Origin: Cyanophora paradoxa CCMP329
Lineage: Eukaryota; Plantae; Glaucophyta
Direction: 5' to 3'
Assembly (NCBI GenBank): GCA_004431415.1
Contig: QPMI01000082.1
Coordinates: 1 to 64,000 of the forward strand
DNA length: 64,000 bases
The translations under genes and the position numbers were made by a program. Positions within the stretch are counted from its first letter, which is position 1. Each line of letters begins with the position of its first letter. A model generated the notes under the pieces. That model saw only the letters and a list, made by a program, of their open reading frames with translations. It had not been told where the DNA came from and ran no database searches. Below are positions 55,560 to 64,000 of the stretch, piece after piece.

Positions 55560-56933
55560 GCAAGGAGCGTTAGACAGGCCATGGGCATTGACGCTGACAG
55601 GCGATGCAATGCGGGGCGGACGAGGGAGCGGAAGTACAGGTCACGCCATCGAAGCTCGATGTCGTTGTGACCCGCCCCCTGCGGCGTGTCGGCGGCGACC
55701 GGTACCCGCCCCGTGCGAATCGCGCCCTACCTGAATCCAAACCGGTTTCGCAGCGTTTGCGCACATCTTGTACAACGTCTACAACCGCCAAAGTTAGTGG
55801 CAGCACACACTTTGAGAAAAGACTTGTGGCGTACAAGGCCGTGGGCGAAGGGCACCACTTCGTCGTCTATTGACAGGAGTCAGAATGGCCGATGCGGGTA
55901 ACGGGCGGCCGAAAGCGCAGAGACCTGTTCCATGTATGACCAGCACCGGTGCTTGTACCTGGAGGTCGCATTAGTGAGAAGAGAGGAAAAGGTCATGCCC
56001 AACTCGCCCGTCGTATCTTGTCGACGTTCGGAAAGATGTCAAAGCCAAACGTGTGGTCGATCTGTCTCGATGGCATGAGGGCTTGCCTTTCGGACAAGCA
56101 GCAGAAGGGCGTGCTTCCTCACTTTAAGAACAACTCGTACGCAGGATGTCAGGGGGCTCTGCAGGATAACGGCCCGGACGTCCGCACGTGACGCCAAGTC
56201 GACTGTCGGGCCGCTGCCAAGCGACCGCCCGAATCTGCGCCGTGTTTGTTTGCATGGGCGTGTGAGGGGCAGGTCTGCCGAACAATATGATGTCTCTTGC
56301 AGCATCCAGCTTGCAGTGTTTTGTCAGGTACTCAAAAGCGGCGTCCGCGGCCTGTCAACAGAAATCAAGACAGGAACCTCTCTACGAAGGGCGCGGTGCT
56401 GTGAGCAAGCTACAACGCATGCGCACCTCGTAGACACCATGTTCCGAGGGCTGGCCCTCGCTCAGGCCGTATCCGGGGTATTCGTAGGCGCACAGTGAAA
56501 CCTTTAGCCTAGAGGAGATAGCCATGAGGTGATCCCTGCATTGAGAGGACATCGTGAGCGAGGGCAAGTCCGGACGGCAACGTGCGACGGACCAGAGCAG
56601 ACCGAGGTCCTCTGCGTTTCCATGGGAGAAGAGAAGCGTGCGGTTTGTCTTCGGGTACGTTATGTGGAACGCCGGAATCCGCATGCCGCTGGCCGTTCGC
56701 AGCCAGACTAGCGTGCCATCGTCAAAACTGCGCGGCGGGCGCGGGCATGGCTCAGGATAGCCGCACAGCAGTGCAGCTCCGATTGCCACACTGGGGTGCG
56801 GCACAGAATACGCACTATTGACAGGGCGGGGGCACGAAGGCTGCGGAGCCGAGTAGCGAAGTTCAAACTGCTGTCGAAGGGCCTGGGGGCGGCGCGAGCG
56901 CTGCGCACCGAGCCTAGTGACGGCGCCGCCCAT
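55560..56933 (-). CDS. ABHD17: Alpha/beta hydrolase, ABHD17-like depalmitoylase; end approximate
   Basis: LLFSHGNAEDLG, YEYPGYGLSEGQPSE, GRSLGSGPTVDLAS, VLVIHG, DEVVPFAHG, GAGHNDIE. Confidence 0.9.
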
Positions 56934-57899
56934 GCCCCGACGGCGCTCAAAATGCAGCTCGAGGGGGCGCGCTTCGATGCGTTCGCAGTCCGCAGCGAAG
57001 CTTGGCTGCGTCCAACGCGCCTCCGCGGCGGACTTGCTGAGCGTCAGCCGCCGACTAAGCAGCAGTTGGCGGGTCGTTCAGTTGGCGGGTCGTTCAACGT
57101 TAACCGCGTCAAAGGTTTTGGTAGGCAGGGGCACCGCGTACCCCCTTCCCGAAGTTCACAGAGTTCAGATCTAGCTATATATATCCAAAGAATCCATCAC
57201 CCCCCTATACTGCCACCGTGGCGCCGGCACGCCGCATGCGCATGCGCAGCTGCAGATGTGTGAAAAGTAAATTAACTTAGTAAAACCTCGGGTCGTTACC
57301 CTTGCTCCGCTCGGGTGGGCCCGATCGCGAGGCTGCGGCCGCGGCTGATTGGGGACACCCCGTCCAACCTGGCCCCTTCACCCTTCACCGCCTCCCCCCC
57401 CCCCCCCCCCCCCCCCCCCCAAACACACACACATGTACACACACTGTGACACCACACACCACACACGTCCCCTCCCCCCCACCCTGGCCCCACCCCCTCA
57501 AATGAACGCAGGGCCCAGGGTGTCTGCAGCTGCTGCCTGTCCATCATGTTATGCGTTCATGTTAGCAGGGATCAGTTGGTCAGATCATGATATATTGTCT
57601 CGAACATGTACACAGGGAACATCTGGAACAGGTACTGAGCGCCGGGGTTCCCGTTGGGGACGCGATCTTTGATTGCAATTACGATTAGGGGTTGGAAGTC
57701 TTTGATTTCGATTACGATTGGAGGTTGGACGGGAACCTTAAGCTTCGCCCAGGGTCGAAAACGGGGTAGTCATTTTTTACACAGCCGCGACCTAAGGGCC
57801 TCTCCTTTCCCCAAGGCCGATTTTAACCACCTGTGTTGAGTTGCTTCTGCGCGCCAAACAGGTGCACTTTTGCTTCCTGGGTGCGGTGGCAGTCGGAAC

Positions 57900-59738
57900 A
57901 CTGAACGAGTGATGTGAAAAGGCTTCAGCCGACCTTGGCTGTCATAATGTTGCGCAGTGCACGCCAGTACACTTGCTCGAGTTCCTGGAGCTCAGAAATC
58001 TGGATTAAAAAATCAGCCGGACCAGAACATGTACAGATGAAGCTTGAAGAGCAAGAGTCACACCTGCAAGTTCTGGAGCTCCTCGCTGCCAAGAACGGAG
58101 GCTTTCACCACAGATACGGTTACCCGTTCGGAATTGATATCTTTCTCCCTGAAGATCTGAGTGAGAACGATACCAGCACCGCGAAATATTCGGCATGCAC
58201 AGCGCATACACACCCGAAGGCGTGCTGCGGGGCACGTGTCAGCACAAGACTGCAGATGGAAGTGGATCCGGACATCACTCACCAGATCCTCCTTCAGCCG
58301 GTCGAGCATATGCTGAACCATTGGAACGTACTTCTTGAATCTGCCTTCTCGAGTTCCACAGTCTGCAAGTGCATTGGCAAGCTTTGCTTGGAGTTCATTT
58401 GCATGCCGTCTGGCATCCTCAGCTTCTTCCTCGGCCTTTCGCTTGTCCTGCTCGTACTCTTTGACCTCCTCCATGACGTCAAGATTCTTTTTCTTGTAGT
58501 GCTCCACCTGCCAGCCAATGAAAACGGACACTTTTCCACAGAAAACATTCTTAATGGACCTGGTTTGTAAGCCGCGAGATTTGGCTCTCGAGATCTCCGA
58601 TCTTCTTGTCATCGTCTCTCCGGCTCTTGCTCCTTTTCCGGGACGGGGATCTCGAACTGTCTCGCCTGTCTCGCTTCTCATGCCTTGTAGATCGCTGCTC
58701 TTCTGTCTGAGAGCTTCCTGTAACCTCCATCTGCGAAATCTGCGTTCTGCTATCCCGATCGGGGACGTCCGCTTCTCCGGAAGCAACAGCAGCGCGCTCC
58801 TCCCCTGCGTCGCGAGCTGGCGACTTCGACGGAGACCTCTCTCGCTCATCAGCCCGCTCAGGTGATCGATAAGATTTGCTAAGATCATGAATGATTAGCG
58901 AAAGGAAAGAAGAAGCACAACTGTGCGCACCGTCCGTTCATCTGAGCGTCTCCTTCTCGGTCGCGTTCTGACGACCTGTGTCGGCTGCGCCGCCGTTCCC
59001 GGTCGCGCTCCTCGCGATCTGGCTGTGGCGAGCGACTACCGCGCGCTGAAGCATAGGAATAGAAGTGAGATTCATCGATCTTGCCGGGCGAAATAGCGCG
59101 CACAGTGACGCCGCCCTGGCGACCTGGACGTACGACCCCGGTCCACGCTGCGCGTCCTTCGCCGGTAATCGTTCCGCTCGACCTCTTCCCTGCAAAGAGC
59201 AAGGTTTAAAAGAAATCTGCGCGGCGAGGGCCCCCGTAGTAAAGTGGCAGGCACCGGTCATCGCGGCGCGGGCTATAACGGCCCCGCCGGCGGTCATCAC
59301 CGCCGAAGTTGGGTGCATCCCGGAGCTCATGCTTTCCGTGCGCAAACCTGCAGGCACCGATCGGTCGCAGTTGCTCAGATCATGAAGGGCCCAAGTGGCG
59401 TACGTGCAGCGGTCCCCGCGAGGGCAATTGCCTGACGGACGCTGTTGATCAGGCACGCTGAATCGATACGTGCATCAGATCGGACTCACCGTTCTCCTCG
59501 AAGAACTTGCACTGAAGGGCGAAAAGTGCGACAGGGGCGTGTGTCAGCAACGGGGCAGTCAGACGGCGGGGAAGACAGCGACTTGAAATGCGCACCAGCT
59601 TCGTTCGAAACTGTGCGCAGGGGAGCCGGCGGAGATCAGCACAGGAAAACGGGCGCCGGCGCGACCGAGCGAGCGCCGGGGCCTAGAGTCTTTATACTAG
59701 CTGCGAGCGCGCACCAAGTCGCCGTACGGCCTCGCCAT
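57900..59738 (-). CDS. CCCH zinc-finger protein with RS/RD-rich region and coiled coil; end approximate
   Basis: Spliced FRTKL|CKFFEEN|GNCPRGDRCTYA|HGKHELR. Confidence 0.8.
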
Positions 59739-59886
59739 CCTCTTGGGCCCTGAAAACCAGCCTCACTTCCTGTACCCCTTCCGACCCCGCCGCCGGGCCG
59801 CCGGCGCCGCCCCCAAGCGCCAGCTGCGCCCTGTACCACTGCCGCCTTAGTGGCCTGCGTGGATTAAATCGCGCGCGGTCGCAGCG

Positions 59887-61676
<1,790 letters not shown>

Positions 61677-61973
61677 TTGTTACGTTTTTTCTGTGAAACT
61701 ACGCCTGAATGGGCGACTTGAGCAGGTGCAGCCCTTGCTGTTGCCGGCCCAGCCGTATGCGTCCACGCGTCCAACACTTGTAGCCCGGACTTAGAGAGAG
61801 AGAGAGAGAGCAAGTAAAAGACACTCCCAGGACTCGGACCCGAGTCTGGGTGGTGGTTACAAAAGTAGATAAAAAAAGATAGCAAACACACGAATCCCAC
61901 CCCGATACCGGCTCCCTGAACGGCACGGGTTTGCGGTTTGAATCGTGCCCGCTAGGGGTACAGATTTAGCGGG

Positions 61974-62462
61974 ATGCTCGCGCGTGCGGCCTTAAGGACA
62001 GCGTGCGTGGCGGGCGCGCGGAGCGGGCTGCGGATTTGCGCTCTGCAAGCATGTAGCCGCTCACCGGCGACGCCGGCGCTCCGCTCGTTTACGTCGACGC
62101 GCACGCCATCATCCTCTGCGCAAGCGGTGGGCGCGCCGGCGCCACAGAGCTCGAGCGCCGACTTCGAGACAAGTCGTCGTGCTCTTCTGTTTCGTAGCCA
62201 GATGCGTGGCGTTCTCGAGCTGGATCTCCTGCTCGGAAACTGGACGGCTAAGAACATCAAGCGCCTGAACGAGCACGAGCTGCGGGAACTAGACGCCGTG
62301 CTACTTGTCGAAAATCCCGACTTACAGAAGTGGTTATTTGGCATTGAGGCCGTTCCGGAGACATTCGCCGACAACTCCGTGCTTGCCGACATCATCGCCT
62401 GGGTCAAGACCAGGCCAAGGCCCCGCCCCTACCACGGAAATCAGGGCAAGGAGTTCTTCTGA
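61974..62462 (+). CDS. SDHAF2: Succinate dehydrogenase assembly factor 2 (Sdh5)
   Basis: Mitochondrial-type leader then RALLFRSQMRGVLELDLLLGNW...ENPDLQKW. Confidence 0.9.
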   Translation: MLARAALRTACVAGARSGLRICALQACSRSPATPALRSFTSTRTPSSSAQAVGAPAPQSSSADFETSRRALLFRSQMRGVLELDLLLGNWTAKNIKRLNEHELRELDAVLLVENPDLQKWLFGIEAVPETFADNSVLADIIAWVKTRPRPRPYHGNQGKEFF

Positions 62463-62824
62463 TAGCAATTCTTCAGTTTGTAGAAGTAGAACGGATACGA
62501 ACTTAGCAATATAATTTGCATTTTTATGTGGTTGTAAAACACGAAACATTGAATGATTTTCGGTAACGTCATTATTCTCACCAGTTAGTGAGTTTTCATC
62601 ATAACCTACTTTGAACCAGCTTATCATGACTGTTCGCATTTGGACACGTACTTAAGACGCAGGTCCGGGCTACAAGTGTGGGAATGTACACTGCGGCCGC
62701 CGCGGCCGCGGGCCCAGCCCACCGAGCTCACGCTCGGCCGGCCAGGCCCATAGCTACAGGTGCCCGCATGCGCGGCGTGGTGCTGCATCGCGTCTTGTGG
62801 CGGCGGGGGTCGTCTCGGGGCGGT

Positions 62825-63225
62825 GGCGGGAGCCCCTACAGGCCCTGTAGGGGGCCCGACATGGAGTCAGCCTGCGGACGGGGCGCGAAAAGGGGTCAGA
62901 TCGAAATCGAAAGGTCTTGAGATCCAAATGAAATCAAACGGGGGCGCACTCGATCGACGAGCCTCCCACCCAGAGGAGCGCCTGCGCGGGCGGACCAGGG
63001 CACCTGCACGCGCGGTGCGCACCTGGGGCGCGTCTTGGGCGGGAGCCCCTACGGGCCCTGGGAGCTCGAGGGACCCGAGATGGAGTCAGCCTGCGCCGGA
63101 CCGGAGGGCGAAAAAGGGGGTCATATCGATATATCGAAAAAAAAGGTTGTGAATTCAAGCCTTAAGGCGATCAGAATCAGAGTTGCGATTACGATCAGAC
63201 TCAGAGTTGCGATTACGATCAGAAG
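62825..63225 (+). repeat. Imperfect ~90-100-bp direct repeat pair plus a 24-bp tandem pair
   Basis: GGCGGGAGCCCCTAC...ATGGAGTCAGCCTGCG at ~62825 and ~63038; TCAGAGTTGCGATTACGATCAGA x2 at ~63177-63223. Confidence 0.8.
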
Positions 63226-64000
63226 CGCTGTGGTAGGAGGTCCGGCCGTGCCGTAGCGTAAAAAGGAGCATTTGGTCAGGTACTAATTATAACCGTTAAA
63301 CGGCTATGTGGTACTGTGCACTGCGACCGCCGTTCCCGCGGGCCCAGCCCACCAGCTAGCTGGCGCCGGTCAGCCGGGCCCCGGGCCCTGCTTTGCCCCC
63401 TAAGGAGAGCCTCGGAGTAATGCGCCTCCCTGCGAACACTAGCGCTAGCTATAGGTGCTCGCACGGTGAGTGCTGCATCGTATCTTGGGAGGTGTTCGAC
63501 TAGTTTCTGATAGCTAGTTCTAAAATTAAAGGTGCCCGCATGGCGGCGAGTACTAGTTTAAGTATTCGGTTTCAAGTTGTAGGGCGTTTTCAATTTCCCG
63601 GGGCCTCCAGGAACCCCAACTGCCCAAGAACAACGCGTCACCCGTACGCGTCACACATGCGGTTTAGGCCGTGCGGGGGTGTACGGGCCTCGTGGGGAAT
63701 GGCCGGGACGGCAAAGGCGAGGGCCTCACCTTCCTATGTGTCGCCCACACATACGTAGTTCATCGATGCAGCTAGCTGGCCGCTAGCTTGCGTGTCTACG
63801 ATGAACGCAAGAACTCCCACCACCAGAATTTGCTCCCGTCACGTGTGCAGCCTTGCTGGGAAGAAGCACAAACAGGCGTAGGTCACAGCAGATCAAATCG
63901 CAGATCAAAGCTAAAACTTCCTAATCGTAATCGCAATCGCAATGGTCATGAGGTTTGGATCTGAGTTTCGTCCAGTACTGCAAAGTAGTCATTATGCAGT

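Overview
GC-rich eukaryotic DNA, probably from a plastid-bearing protist, in two parts. (1) Bases 1 to about 20.7 kb are the right-hand part of an integrated DNA virus. Reading across many 1-bp frameshifts recovers an A32-type packaging ATPase, a VLTF3 late transcription factor (absent from the ORF track), an HUH rolling-circle-type endonuclease, a probable penton, a ~1600-aa protein ending in phage tail-fibre repeats, an S74-chaperone fibre, an FN3/Gly-rich protein, two paralogous orphans and an HNH protein. This gene set fits small relatives of Nucleocytoviricota (mriyavirus-like) better than a Polinton or virophage. No major capsid protein, polymerase or integrase is recognisable here, and the element runs off the left edge. 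Most viral genes share an AT-run + TC(T/C/G) motif 14-19 nt before the ATG. Three (GGGACTT)n arrays form an inverted-repeat structure near the right end. (2) From about 21 kb onward are compact host genes with short introns, many GC-AG: RING-H2 ligase, fibrillin, F-box/pseudo-PP2C, pallidin, FKBP-TPR, a virus-type nuclease, a bHLH-ZIP-PAS/LOV-like factor, HDAC11-like, methyltransferase, ZMAT2-like, TKL kinase, kinesin, ABHD17, CCCH protein, Arp1 and SDHAF2. All calls come from manual reading, and gene ends are approximate where stated.
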